Part shown: positions 20,239 to 32,099 of the stretch, piece after piece
How positions within the stretch are numbered: the stretch's first letter is position 1
Layout of the letters: each line of letters starts with the position of its first letter
Assembly: GCA_036479435.1 (NCBI GenBank)
Contig: JAZGFI010000113.1
Span: forward strand, 25,689-89,688
Source of the DNA: Planctomycetota bacterium
GTDB taxonomy: Bacteria; Planctomycetota; GCA-002687715; DRQF01
Direction of reading: 5' to 3'
Length of the DNA stretch: 64,000 nt
Notes under the pieces: generated by a model
Databases searched by the model: none
What the model was told of the DNA's origin: nothing
The model's input: the letters and a program-made list of their open reading frames with translations, nothing else
Translations under genes and position numbers: made by a program

Positions 20239-21063
20239 GTGGCGGAGCCTACTGCGGTCACGGTCTACGGAGTGGACGTTGGGAATTCCCGCGTCAAGCT
20301 AGTTGAGATCCTAGCCTCAAAGGGCTCGAAGCCGTCACCACAAAGCCTTGGCTTGGGCAAGCATCGAACTTTTCTACGCGCCCCCACCGGATCTTGCCCC
20401 GGCGACGGCGAGCTTGATCAGCAACTCGTTCAGCAACTCGTTGCCAGTCTGTCTTTCCCGGCTCGCCTCCATCTGGTGAGTGTTGATCCCAAGCTCAACG
20501 AGCACATCCGTGAAGCGTTCCAAGATCAACCCGCTGAGTTGCTGTTTTGGGATAGCTACAATTTACCGCTCGAACACCCCTACGCCGATGCGTCTGAGCT
20601 AGGTGCCGACCGTCTGCTCGCGGCTTGGGCGTCCCACAAGCTCGTGGGGGGGCCCGTCATCGTCGTCGACGCTGGCACGGCTTTGACCGTCGACCTAGTC
20701 GACAAAGATGGGAGATTTGCCGGCGGTGCGATCGCACCTGGGCTCAGTTTGGCGGCAAGGTCTTTGGCGAGCGCGGGCGCGATGCTCGTCGACGTGGTTC
20801 CGGTTCCGCCGCTTGTGTATCCCGGTCAGTCTCGACGCGGCAGCTTGGAGGCGGGCTTGCTCGCGAGTTTTCTCGGCGGCGCGGAGCGCTTGGTTGATGA
20901 GGGAAGGCGTTGTGCCCCCGAAGCGAAACTCATGATCACCGGAGGCGACGGCGGGATCCTGGCCCAAGAATGGGCGGCGAGATTTCCCCAACTTCATCAT
21001 GAACCGAAACTACTCGAAATCGGTCTGGCCGAGCTCGAATGGCGGCAGCATGGCCAGGACTGA
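20239..21063 (+). CDS. coaX: Type III pantothenate kinase
   Basis: DVGNS, LGADR, VDAGTALTVD, GGAIAPG, TGGDG. Confidence 0.92.
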   Translation: MAEPTAVTVYGVDVGNSRVKLVEILASKGSKPSPQSLGLGKHRTFLRAPTGSCPGDGELDQQLVQQLVASLSFPARLHLVSVDPKLNEHIREAFQDQPAELLFWDSYNLPLEHPYADASELGADRLLAAWASHKLVGGPVIVVDAGTALTVDLVDKDGRFAGGAIAPGLSLAARSLASAGAMLVDVVPVPPLVYPGQSRRGSLEAGLLASFLGGAERLVDEGRRCAPEAKLMITGGDGGILAQEWAARFPQLHHEPKLLEIGLAELEWRQHGQD

Positions 21064-22321
21064 AACCCAGGCATCAGGTTCAACCCCGGCCAACCGAGCC
21101 TCGCCGCTGACGGCGCCGGGCATCGGCGGCGTACACCTCATTCAGATCTCGGGACCGGGCGTTGAGCCCTTCCTCAAGGTCCATTTTCGCCGGCGAGGAC
21201 TGCGGGGTCGCGAGCCTTTTTTCGGAGACCTGGTCGCTGGCGACGAACTCATCGACGAGGTTCTCGTGCAGGAGCACGAGGTCGGCGTTGCTGCGGTCGT
21301 CGACTTAGGTCTTCACGGCAGCGAGGCGGTCCGGAGGCGGGTGAAGCTCCTCTTGCAGGATGCGGGTTTTGAGTGGGCGACCGATCTTCATGATGCCGCA
21401 ATGGGTTTGTCTTCGGCATCGGCCGCGAACGCCATCGAGATTGAGGCAGACGTCGGCATGCAGGCCAGTTGGGCTGAGCAAAGCACCCTGTTCTTCGCTG
21501 CGGTGATGGCGGGAGGATTGCGTCGCGAGTGCGAGGGTCTTCTTTGTGATATCGGCTCACTAGTTTCAGCCAATGAGTCCCAGCCATCGGCCTTAGTCCA
21601 TGAAGTTCGCGAGGGAGTGGCGACGAGGCTGCAAAGCCTTTGTGACCGTGCCCCGTTTGGGTTGGCGATGACGCGGGCTCCGGTCTTGGCGGTCATCGGG
21701 CCGGTCAACGCCGGCAAGAGCACTCTGGTCAATCGACTCTGTGGTCAAGAGCGAGTCATTGCCGGTGAAGAGCCCGGGATGACCCGTGATCTCGTCGAAG
21801 CTCCGATCGCAATCCGAGGCTACCCCTTTCGGCTCGTCGACACCGCGGGCCTGCGAGAAACTCAGGATGCCATGGAACGGGCCGGAATCGCGCGCGCCGT
21901 TACGTTGGCCAAAAAGGCGGAGATCAAGTTGGAATTGGCTGATGCTCGCGACTTTTTTCGCGAGGATCGCCTTCGAAGCGAGAGCCTCCGCCCGCACGCG
22001 GACAGGGAGGTTTTCGGTCGCCAGCTTCGGGTCTTCAACAAGATCGATCTCTTGGAACCGAAGGAGATTCGTGCGTTACGCAAAGACCAGGCCGACGCGG
22101 TCCTTGTTTCGGCCAAGACCGGGGAGGGCTTTTCGAAGCTTGAGCAGTGGATCCTTTTTGCCTCAGCCTTCCGTGGCCCCGCGGTGCGGGAGTTTCCGAC
22201 GCCCTTTACCTCACGGCAGCTAAGAGAACTCGAATTTGCCCGGCGAAAATGGCCACAAGATCCGGCGGCAACGTTGGCTGCCTTGGCGCGGCTGGTACAA
22301 GGCGATCCCAACGACCAATGA
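21050..22321 (+). CDS. MnmE/TrmE-like GTPase (atypical)
   Basis: TAPGIGGV, IDEV, LHG N-domain; GPVNAGKST, GMTRD, DTAGLR, NKID; no C-terminal FCxGK. Confidence 0.8.
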   Translation: MARTETQASGSTPANRASPLTAPGIGGVHLIQISGPGVEPFLKVHFRRRGLRGREPFFGDLVAGDELIDEVLVQEHEVGVAAVVDLGLHGSEAVRRRVKLLLQDAGFEWATDLHDAAMGLSSASAANAIEIEADVGMQASWAEQSTLFFAAVMAGGLRRECEGLLCDIGSLVSANESQPSALVHEVREGVATRLQSLCDRAPFGLAMTRAPVLAVIGPVNAGKSTLVNRLCGQERVIAGEEPGMTRDLVEAPIAIRGYPFRLVDTAGLRETQDAMERAGIARAVTLAKKAEIKLELADARDFFREDRLRSESLRPHADREVFGRQLRVFNKIDLLEPKEIRALRKDQADAVLVSAKTGEGFSKLEQWILFASAFRGPAVREFPTPFTSRQLRELEFARRKWPQDPAATLAALARLVQGDPNDQ

Positions 22322-22372
22322 GGTCGTGAAGACCCTTGCATTGGCTCTCCCGGCGGCAACAATAGAAATGTC

Positions 22373-23560
22373 ATGAGCGAAAAGCGCGACTTCATATCGA
22401 TTCAAGATCTTTCGAATGCCGAGATCGAGTCTTTGTTTTGCATCGCGGACAAGATGCGACGCTTGATTCGTGAGTCACACGGTCAGCTTGCGGGCCACAT
22501 CCTCGGCAGCTTGTTCTTGGAGCCGAGCACGCGCACGCGGCTATCGTTCGAAGCCGCCATGAATCGACTTGGTGGCCGAGTTCTCACTATCACGGACGCG
22601 AACGCCTCGTCTTTTTCCAAGGGCGAATCGCTTGCGGACAGTGTTCGGATGGTGAGTTCCTACACCGATATCATCGTGCTTCGTCACCCCTTGGCGGGCG
22701 CGGCACGCGTTGCCGCCGAGCATTCTGATTCTCCGGTGATCAATGCCGGAGACGGTGGGCACGAACACCCGACCCAAACTCTTTGCGACCTCTACGCTTT
22801 GAAGCGACTAAAAGGAGACCTCGCTAAACTAAAAGTCGTTCTCTATGGCGATCTTAAGTACGGACGTACAACTCACTCTCTTGCCCTGGCCCTGGTGCGG
22901 TTTGGAGCCGATGTCTTGGCTATCGCGGAGAAAGGTCTGGAGCTGCCGAGTTACGTTCGCGAGGACTGCGCTGCCCTTACCCAAGGGGTTGATCGCGACG
23001 TTGTCATTCGCGGGGCCCGGACCATCTTTCAAGGTGGCGAAGGCAAGGGCCTGTTGTTTTCAAAGCGGCCGGAATCCTGGGGCCTTGAGGGCGAGGTGCT
23101 TGACCTGCGTCGCCTCGAACTCGACGCGATTTACGTGACGCGCTTGCAGCGCGAGCGCGCCGCGGGCGGCGAAGCTTCCAACTACAGTTTGCCGAATGTC
23201 GACACCGCGTTTTTGTCCGCGGGTGCCTTTGAGAAGGCCGTCGTTCTGCATCCATTGCCCCGTCTGGATGAGATTCACCCCGATGTGGACCGCGACCCTC
23301 GCGGGGCCTACTTTCAGCAGGCCGCGTGGGGCGTGCCGATCCGAATGGCGCTGCTCTCGTTTTTGCTGGGGAAAGAGGTTTTTGAGGTCGCTCCTCGTCC
23401 GCGGCGAACGCTATTGCCTTTGCCGACCGGGGTGTCGTGCGCGAACGTGGGTTGCATCCTCAACGACGCCTCGGGGCCAAAAACCGGTTCCGCGTGGTGC
23501 GGGAGCGAGGGTCGCTTGCGCTGTGCTTATTGTGACCAACCTTTGCCCGGGCAACCTTAG
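22373..23560 (+). CDS. pyrB: Aspartate carbamoyltransferase catalytic chain with fused C-terminal Zn-ribbon
   Basis: EPSTRTRLSFE, KGES, HPTQ, YVTRLQRER, HPLPR; tail CANVGC..LRCAYC. Confidence 0.95.
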   Translation: MSEKRDFISIQDLSNAEIESLFCIADKMRRLIRESHGQLAGHILGSLFLEPSTRTRLSFEAAMNRLGGRVLTITDANASSFSKGESLADSVRMVSSYTDIIVLRHPLAGAARVAAEHSDSPVINAGDGGHEHPTQTLCDLYALKRLKGDLAKLKVVLYGDLKYGRTTHSLALALVRFGADVLAIAEKGLELPSYVREDCAALTQGVDRDVVIRGARTIFQGGEGKGLLFSKRPESWGLEGEVLDLRRLELDAIYVTRLQRERAAGGEASNYSLPNVDTAFLSAGAFEKAVVLHPLPRLDEIHPDVDRDPRGAYFQQAAWGVPIRMALLSFLLGKEVFEVAPRPRRTLLPLPTGVSCANVGCILNDASGPKTGSAWCGSEGRLRCAYCDQPLPGQP

Positions 23561-23853
23561 CCCAGAGTTCTCGACGTTCGGAATGGCACAGTTATGGGCT
23601 GGCCTCATTCGGGGTTTCCGGGCGGGCATTCATAAACATAGTCTCATCAGCATGTTAAGTCCAAAAAAGAACTCCCATTGTTTTTGGCACGGTTTTGGCT
23701 GTTTCCTCATGGACCCGCAGGCCGGCACTTCGCCTTGTCCCTTAGCCCTTAAGCGGCTGGACAGATTTCGAAGGCTCGTTTGGACGCCCCTTCCTGTCAC
23801 AAGATGGGGGCGCTAAGATGCCGCCGCGTCCAGCTTAAGGCCAAGTCTGCGAG

Positions 23854-23882
23854 CGATCTTTTGCCTCGGGTCTGGTCGATAG
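23854..23882 (+). promoter_or_regulatory. Candidate sigma28-like promoter (CGATC-N16-GTCGATAG; weak -35)
   Basis: TCTGGTCGATAGGA identical to the copy at 1724-1737. Confidence 0.4.
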
Positions 23883-24005
23883 GAAAACGGATGTTGCGGC
23901 CGAGTGTGGCCGTGGAAAAAGAACAACCAGTGACGGTTCGTGAAAAGTACGCAACCTGCGATTGATTCGGTTGCGACGCGCAAGTTAGCGGAAGGGGTTT
24001 TGTTT

Positions 24006-26495
<2,490 letters not shown>

Positions 26496-26565
26496 TCAGG
26501 GCTCGTTCGCGCTCCCGGACCTTCCGGTCTTACACTGGAGCCTGAGCTAATCGCGAAAACTTTAG

Positions 26566-26610
26566 AGACCGTCCCGCCTTCCCTTAAGGAAAGCAGGGCG
26601 GTCTTTTTCT
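26566..26610 (+). terminator. Rho-independent terminator
   Basis: AGACCGTCC..GGGCGGTCT stem followed by TTTTCT. Confidence 0.7.
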
Positions 26611-26797
26611 TCGCTCTTTACAGCGCGCTCGAGGGCGACTAAGCTGCCCGAGGTTGGGAATTTTCGAAGCCTTTTTTGACCCCCCCTCTTATCCGACTTG
26701 GGTATGAGGTCGTTCTTTGTGCTGTAACGACAAGTTCTCTTGTTGGCGCAAAGAAGGGGACCAGGGCTTCACACCACGACATCGGAGAATGCGCGGC

Positions 26798-27676
26798 ATG
26801 AGCGCGCCGGAGATTGGCCTCTTCGCCTTTGCTGGCGTTCTTGGGCTTCTCGTCGGGAGCTTCTTGAACGTCGTCATCTATCGAGTGCCACGCATGTGTC
26901 TCTCGATTTGGCGTCAAACTCGTTCTCGCTGTCCCCACTGCGGGGTACAAATCCGATGGTTTGACAATATTCCAGTGCTGAGCTGGCTCGGCCTGAGGGG
27001 GCGTTGTTTCAAATGCCGGGCGAGGATTTCCCTTCGCTATCCCCTGGTCGAACTCTTAACAGCTGGCCTCTTTGTTCTCTTTGCTTGGGCTGATGCCGAA
27101 CGCTTTGGCGGCGCGCGTCTGGCCCTGGCTGATGAGACGTTCTGGGCTTTATGGGGCGTCCACGCGCTCCTGGGTTCGGCGCTTTTGGCTTTGGCCGTGA
27201 TCGACATTGACTTTCGGATTCTGCCGGATGTCATCACGCTGCCGGGAATCCTCATGGCGCCAATCTTGGTGCTCGCCGTGCCGGCCGTGATGCCGGACTT
27301 AGTGTGGAGACCCTTTGAGGCCGGAGGGATGGGCATTCGGCTCAACGCTCTCGTGAACTCCCTGGCGGGCGTTATCGGCGGCGGTGGGTTGCTCTGGGGC
27401 TTGGGTTGGCTTGCTTCAAAGGCTTTTCGCAAGCCGGCGATGGGGCTTGGAGATGTCAAACTCTTCGCGGCGATGGGGGGCTTTCTCGGCGCGTGGCTGA
27501 TCTTGGCCCTCGTGCTCGCTTCTTTCATCGGAAGCGTCATCGGAATCGGAATCTTAGTGATCAAAAAAGATCGCTACGTCCCATTTGGGCCATTTTTGGC
27601 CGCGGGGATGGTTCTGTGCCTGCTGTGGGGTCCAGACATCCTCCAAGCGATCGAAATGCGTCTCGCACCGGCTTAG
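26798..27676 (+). CDS. pilD: Prepilin peptidase/N-methyltransferase
   Basis: GSFLNVVIYR, RSRCPHC, NIPVLSW..GRCFKC, IDID, MGLGDVKL, VPFGPFL. Confidence 0.95.
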   Translation: MSAPEIGLFAFAGVLGLLVGSFLNVVIYRVPRMCLSIWRQTRSRCPHCGVQIRWFDNIPVLSWLGLRGRCFKCRARISLRYPLVELLTAGLFVLFAWADAERFGGARLALADETFWALWGVHALLGSALLALAVIDIDFRILPDVITLPGILMAPILVLAVPAVMPDLVWRPFEAGGMGIRLNALVNSLAGVIGGGGLLWGLGWLASKAFRKPAMGLGDVKLFAAMGGFLGAWLILALVLASFIGSVIGIGILVIKKDRYVPFGPFLAAGMVLCLLWGPDILQAIEMRLAPA

Positions 27677-27760
27677 TTCGGTGCGCGGCCGCAAAGACGC
27701 CGCAATTTTTTCATTAGGCACGGGTCTCTGGGGAGGGACCGCCGCATCAGGAGGTAGACC

Positions 27761-28600
27761 ATGTCGCATGCGACACAAAGATTTTTGACCTTGGCAGTAT
27801 TGGCGAGTTTGGCCGCGGCTCTGTTGACGAGCTGCGCATCGACGAACCAAGACGAGTATCAAGATGATGCCAGGTTGGTATCGGTGCGGGAAGACAACGA
27901 GACTCTAAAGCGCCGCTTGGTGGACATGGGTTCGGTCGAGACCGCGCTCGAGCGCGAGTTGAACGCCAAAAAAGGCGAGACTCGTTCGGCCACGGCAGAA
28001 AGCCAGCGGCTGCGCAGCGAAAATCGCCGCCTGCTGGCCGAGCTTGACCGCTTGAAGCGCCAGCCCAAGCCAGCGGCGAATACGCTTCGCCCGAATTCGC
28101 GTCGCGGTGAACGAAGCGTTTCGGTGGTAACACCGTTGCGGAATCGCGGTGGCCTGACGGCGCCCAAAATCAACTTTTCGTCGCTTGTTGGCAAAGACAT
28201 CGAAGTCGTCGATAACGGTGACGGAAAACTGCGGGTTCGCTTGGCGGGTGCGACAATGTTTCGCACTGCGTCTTCTGACCTCAGCAAAGGTGGTAGGAAG
28301 ATTCTCGACAAGGTCGGCGACATCCTACGGGAGAATCGGGGCGTTTTCGTCAGTGTTGAGGGCCATACCGATGCCACGCCGCTCGGAAAAAGCCGCACAC
28401 AGTGGGGTACCAACATGGCGCTGTCGATGGCGCGCGCTCTCGTTGTACAGGACTACCTGAAGAACTCGGAGAAGATCTCTGAAAAGCGTATGCGCGTCGT
28501 GGGATATGGTGAACACCGCCCGGCGCAATCGGGTCGTAGCGCCTCGGCCCTTGCCAAAAACCGTCGCGTCGAACTCGTGCTGACGAATCGAGCGCCCTAA
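27761..28600 (+). CDS. OmpA/MotB-family peptidoglycan-binding lipoprotein with coiled coil
   Basis: LTSC lipobox; EGHTD, N.ALS.ARA, GYGEHRP, NRRVE. Confidence 0.88.
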   Translation: MSHATQRFLTLAVLASLAAALLTSCASTNQDEYQDDARLVSVREDNETLKRRLVDMGSVETALERELNAKKGETRSATAESQRLRSENRRLLAELDRLKRQPKPAANTLRPNSRRGERSVSVVTPLRNRGGLTAPKINFSSLVGKDIEVVDNGDGKLRVRLAGATMFRTASSDLSKGGRKILDKVGDILRENRGVFVSVEGHTDATPLGKSRTQWGTNMALSMARALVVQDYLKNSEKISEKRMRVVGYGEHRPAQSGRSASALAKNRRVELVLTNRAP

Positions 28601-28663
28601 TTCGCAAAGGAAGCCTTGCGCATTCCGGTGCTAGGGTCCGCCTAAGCGGATCTCGTTGACGAG

Positions 28664-28700
28664 GAAGCCCGAAGAGACTCAGTCTCTTCGGGCTTCTTGT
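28664..28700 (+). terminator. Perfect 15-bp hairpin, likely terminator
   Basis: GAAGCCCGAAGAGAC-TCA-GTCTCTTCGGGCTTC then TTGT. Confidence 0.75.
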
Positions 28701-28780
28701 CTTGTCAAAAATGCGAGGTCAATTTAGTCTCTTAATTCGAATCCTAGCGTACTAGTCGAAAGTCTCAGGGAGAACGCACC

Positions 28781-30823
28781 ATGGGAAGACCTGCCCCCTC
28801 CAGCATTCGAAACGTCTGTATTGTTGGTCACAGTGATGCTGGAAAGACATCTTTGGCCGATGCGCTCTTGTTCAAGGCCGGTGCCGTTACTCGACAGGGC
28901 AATGTCAAAGACAAGTCTTCCGTTTTCGATCACGACGATCAGGAACACGAAAAGCAACACAGCCTCGAGAGCGCTTTGGCACACTGCGAGTGGGATGGCC
29001 TTCGATTCAACATCATCGACACTCCTGGGTATCCGGATTTCATCGGTGATGCGGTGGGGGCTATTTCTGCGAGCGACGGCGTCATTATTTGCGTCAACGC
29101 ATCCCAAGGCGTTCAGGTGAACACCCGCCGCGTGTTCGATGTGGCGGAGAAACTTCGCAAGGCGCGCATCATCGTCTTGACCAAGGGTGATATGCCTGAC
29201 CTTGACTTCGAGAAGTCCGTTGCGGAGGTTCAGACTTGGTTCGGAAAGCGTTGTGTCCCCATTGCCTTGCCGAACAGCTTCGGGCCGGGTTTTAGCGAGA
29301 CTGAGAAATTCTTGAGGAACAAGGGCGGCACGAGCGACCTTGCGAAAGCCTGGTATCAATCTTTCGTTGAGGGTGCCGTTGAGTTCGACGATGACGTCAC
29401 GATGAAGTACATCGAGGGCGAAGAGATCGGAACGGAAGATCTGAAGCGTTGTTTCTGCGGCGCGGTCGGCACCGGGATGGTGACGCCCATCATCAGCACG
29501 AGTGTCGAAAAAGACGTTGGACTGCGTGACGTTCTGGATTCAATCAAAGTGTTCGTGCCCGATGCCGATGTCGCGGCGGGGCGCCGAGGGCTCTATCCTG
29601 ATCTGAAGGCCGCGGGCGAGCGCGTCCAAGTGTCAGACCTTGGCAACGACGAGTTTTACGGCCAGGTCTTCAAGGTGGTCATCGACAAACACGTCGGGAA
29701 GGTCGCTTTTTTGAAGGTTCACAACGGTGTTGTCAAGCACGGTGACATCATCCACAACTCGAGGGGAGGCCGAAAGGAGAAAGTTGGCCACCTCGTGGAA
29801 CCCATGGGCAAAGAACTCGAGGCGACAGCGTCTGCGGTCGTCGGCGACACCGTGGCCCTGACGAAAATCGACAGCATCGACCTCGGGGACACCATTTCAT
29901 CGGCTACAGATCCGATGTCGTTCGCGCCCATCCCCTTTCCACGCCCCATGGCTCAGCTGGCGGTCCGGCCCGCGACCCGGGGCGATGAGACCAAAATCTC
30001 CGAGGCGTTTTCCAAACTCAGCAACGAAATCCCGACCTTCGAGGTCGATCGCGACCCGATTACCAATGAACTGATCGCCCACGCCATGAGCAATCTTCAG
30101 CTTGAGATGGCGTTTCAGCGGCTAAAGGACCGCTACGGGATCGAAGTTACGACTTCTCCGGCGCGGATTCCCTACCGCGAAACCGTGCAGGTCACGGCCG
30201 AAGGACACTATCGCCACAAAAAACAAAGCGGGGGACGCGGTCAATTCGGAGAGGTATTCCTGAAGATCATGCCCTGCGAACCAGGGTCGGGCCTACAGCT
30301 GGACTGGGATATCGTGGGTGGCTCGATCCCGTCGAACTTCGCGCCGGCGATCGAAAAGGGGATTCGCGAGAAGATGGCGGGGGGGGTTATTGCGGGTTAT
30401 CCAATCCTTGACGCCCACGTTAGCGTTCATGACGGCAAATTTCACGACGTCGATTCGTCCGAAGCAGCCTTCAAGATCGCGGGGGGGAGGGCCTTCGCCG
30501 AGGCGATCAAGGCCGCTCGACCGATCTTGTTGGAGCCCATTTTGGACGTTGAAATTGTCATTCCAGGGGCAGCGATGGGAGATGTGTCGGGTGATCTCAA
30601 TACTCGACGCGGACGGATCCAGGGTATGGACGCAAAGGGTCAGTTTCAGATCATCAAGGCTCATGTGCCGAAGGCTGAAATGGGAGAGTACCCGAGAGTT
30701 TTGACTTCGCTAACATCCGGCGAGGGCTCCTTTAGTTACGAGGAGTGCGGTTACGAAGCCGTGCCAGGCAACGTTCAACAACAAATCATCGCTGACTATA
30801 AACCGCACGAAGAAGAAGAATAG
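28781..30823 (+). CDS. fusA: Elongation factor G paralogue (EF-G2-like)
   Basis: GHSDAGKT, DTPGYPDF, HKKQSGGRGQFG, HDVDSSEAAF; effector RGITI replaced by KQHSL, G4 is TKGD. Confidence 0.9.
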   Translation: MGRPAPSSIRNVCIVGHSDAGKTSLADALLFKAGAVTRQGNVKDKSSVFDHDDQEHEKQHSLESALAHCEWDGLRFNIIDTPGYPDFIGDAVGAISASDGVIICVNASQGVQVNTRRVFDVAEKLRKARIIVLTKGDMPDLDFEKSVAEVQTWFGKRCVPIALPNSFGPGFSETEKFLRNKGGTSDLAKAWYQSFVEGAVEFDDDVTMKYIEGEEIGTEDLKRCFCGAVGTGMVTPIISTSVEKDVGLRDVLDSIKVFVPDADVAAGRRGLYPDLKAAGERVQVSDLGNDEFYGQVFKVVIDKHVGKVAFLKVHNGVVKHGDIIHNSRGGRKEKVGHLVEPMGKELEATASAVVGDTVALTKIDSIDLGDTISSATDPMSFAPIPFPRPMAQLAVRPATRGDETKISEAFSKLSNEIPTFEVDRDPITNELIAHAMSNLQLEMAFQRLKDRYGIEVTTSPARIPYRETVQVTAEGHYRHKKQSGGRGQFGEVFLKIMPCEPGSGLQLDWDIVGGSIPSNFAPAIEKGIREKMAGGVIAGYPILDAHVSVHDGKFHDVDSSEAAFKIAGGRAFAEAIKAARPILLEPILDVEIVIPGAAMGDVSGDLNTRRGRIQGMDAKGQFQIIKAHVPKAEMGEYPRVLTSLTSGEGSFSYEECGYEAVPGNVQQQIIADYKPHEEEE

Positions 30824-30869
30824 ATCGACTTTTCGCAACTCAGCGTCTAAAAATCCGACACTTATGCGA

Positions 30870-30909
30870 GGCCGCAGCATGCCCTCTTGGCGCTGCGGTC
30901 TTTTTTTTG
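30870..30909 (+). terminator. Rho-independent terminator after EF-G paralogue
   Basis: GGCCGCAGC..GCTGCGGTC + T8. Confidence 0.8.
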
Positions 30910-30931
30910 TCGATGAAATGTCACCCAATCG

Positions 30932-30960
30932 CCAACTTTTTGCTCGATATGCGCCGATAG
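30932..30960 (+). promoter_or_regulatory. Candidate sigma28-like promoter CCAAC-N16-GCCGATAG upstream of pilT-pilC
   Basis: Lies between a terminator and the pilT RBS, where a promoter is needed. Confidence 0.55.
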
Positions 30961-31011
30961 AGCTTTCGCGGGAAGCGCTTGCGGTCCCGTTACAGCTCGG
31001 AGAAGACAGCG

Positions 31012-32088
31012 ATGATCGTGTTGGAAGATCTGTTGACATCACTAGTGGAACGCGGGGGATCGGATCTCCATATTTCCGCCGGGAGTCCACCGAAGTTCAG
31101 GTTGGACGGTGAACTCATTGATGCCGCGCACGAACCACTGAAATCCGAAGAGACGAAAAGGCTCGTCTACAGCATCCTGAACGCCGAGCAGATCGCGCGT
31201 TTCGAAAAGGACCTGGAACTCGACCTCAGTTTCGGCATCACGGGATTGGGACGCTTTAGGACCAATGTCTTCCAGCAGCGCGGCGCCGTCAGCGGCGTTT
31301 TTCGCGTCATCCCCTACGAGATTCAGGGCTTCAAGGAGCTGGGCCTTCCGGTCGAAATTTGCAAGAACATCTGTTCGATCCCGAAGGGCCTCGTACTCGT
31401 TACGGGGGCGACGGGCAGCGGCAAATCGACGTCGTTGGCTTCGATGATTGACGAAATCAACCAGCACCGCCGGCAACACATTGTCACGATCGAGGACCCC
31501 ATCGAGTTCTTGCATGTGAACAAGAAGTCACTGTTCAATCAGCGAGAGGTCGGTGCGGATACTTTCGCTTTTGAGCGGGCGCTCAAGAGCGTTCTCCGCC
31601 AGGACCCGGATGTCGTTCTTATCGGCGAGTTACGTACCCTTGAGACTATCGAGGCTGCGTTGACTTTGGCGGAGACCGGGCACCTGACCTTTGCCACGCT
31701 TCACACTTCTGACTGTGTTCAGACCATCAACCGCATCGTCGATGTGTTTCCTGCCAATCAACAACAACAAGTGCGCACGCAGCTTTCCTTCACTCTCCAA
31801 GCCGTCTTTTGCCAACAGCTCATTCCGACGGCAGACGGTCGAGGTCGGACGCTTGCTTGCGAAATCATGATCGCGAACTCTGCGGTCAAAGCTCTGATTC
31901 GTGAGAACAAAGCCCACCAAATTTACTCTCAGATTCAGACCGGGGGGTCGCTGGGAATGCAAACGATGAACATGGCACTGAATGAGCTCTACCAAACCAG
32001 GAAGATCTCCTTGGACGAGGCGCTGACGCGCTCGACGGACAAAGAGGATCTCAAGCGCTTGGTTTCGAAACAGCCGGCGTTGCGATAG
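31012..32088 (+). CDS. pilT: Twitching motility ATPase PilT
   Basis: SDLHI, GATGSGKST, EDPIE, LRQDPDV, ETGHLTFATLH, AVKALIRE. Confidence 0.95.
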   Translation: MIVLEDLLTSLVERGGSDLHISAGSPPKFRLDGELIDAAHEPLKSEETKRLVYSILNAEQIARFEKDLELDLSFGITGLGRFRTNVFQQRGAVSGVFRVIPYEIQGFKELGLPVEICKNICSIPKGLVLVTGATGSGKSTSLASMIDEINQHRRQHIVTIEDPIEFLHVNKKSLFNQREVGADTFAFERALKSVLRQDPDVVLIGELRTLETIEAALTLAETGHLTFATLHTSDCVQTINRIVDVFPANQQQQVRTQLSFTLQAVFCQQLIPTADGRGRTLACEIMIANSAVKALIRENKAHQIYSQIQTGGSLGMQTMNMALNELYQTRKISLDEALTRSTDKEDLKRLVSKQPALR

Positions 32089-32099
32089 AGGGGAATTAG

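Noticed and set aside
27761..28600. Flagellar stator MotB
   Set aside because: Has a lipobox rather than the MotB TM with conserved Asp; no motA or flagellar genes nearby
28781..32088. EF-G paralogue co-transcribed with pilT-pilC
   Set aside because: A strong terminator (30870-30909) and a separate candidate promoter lie between them
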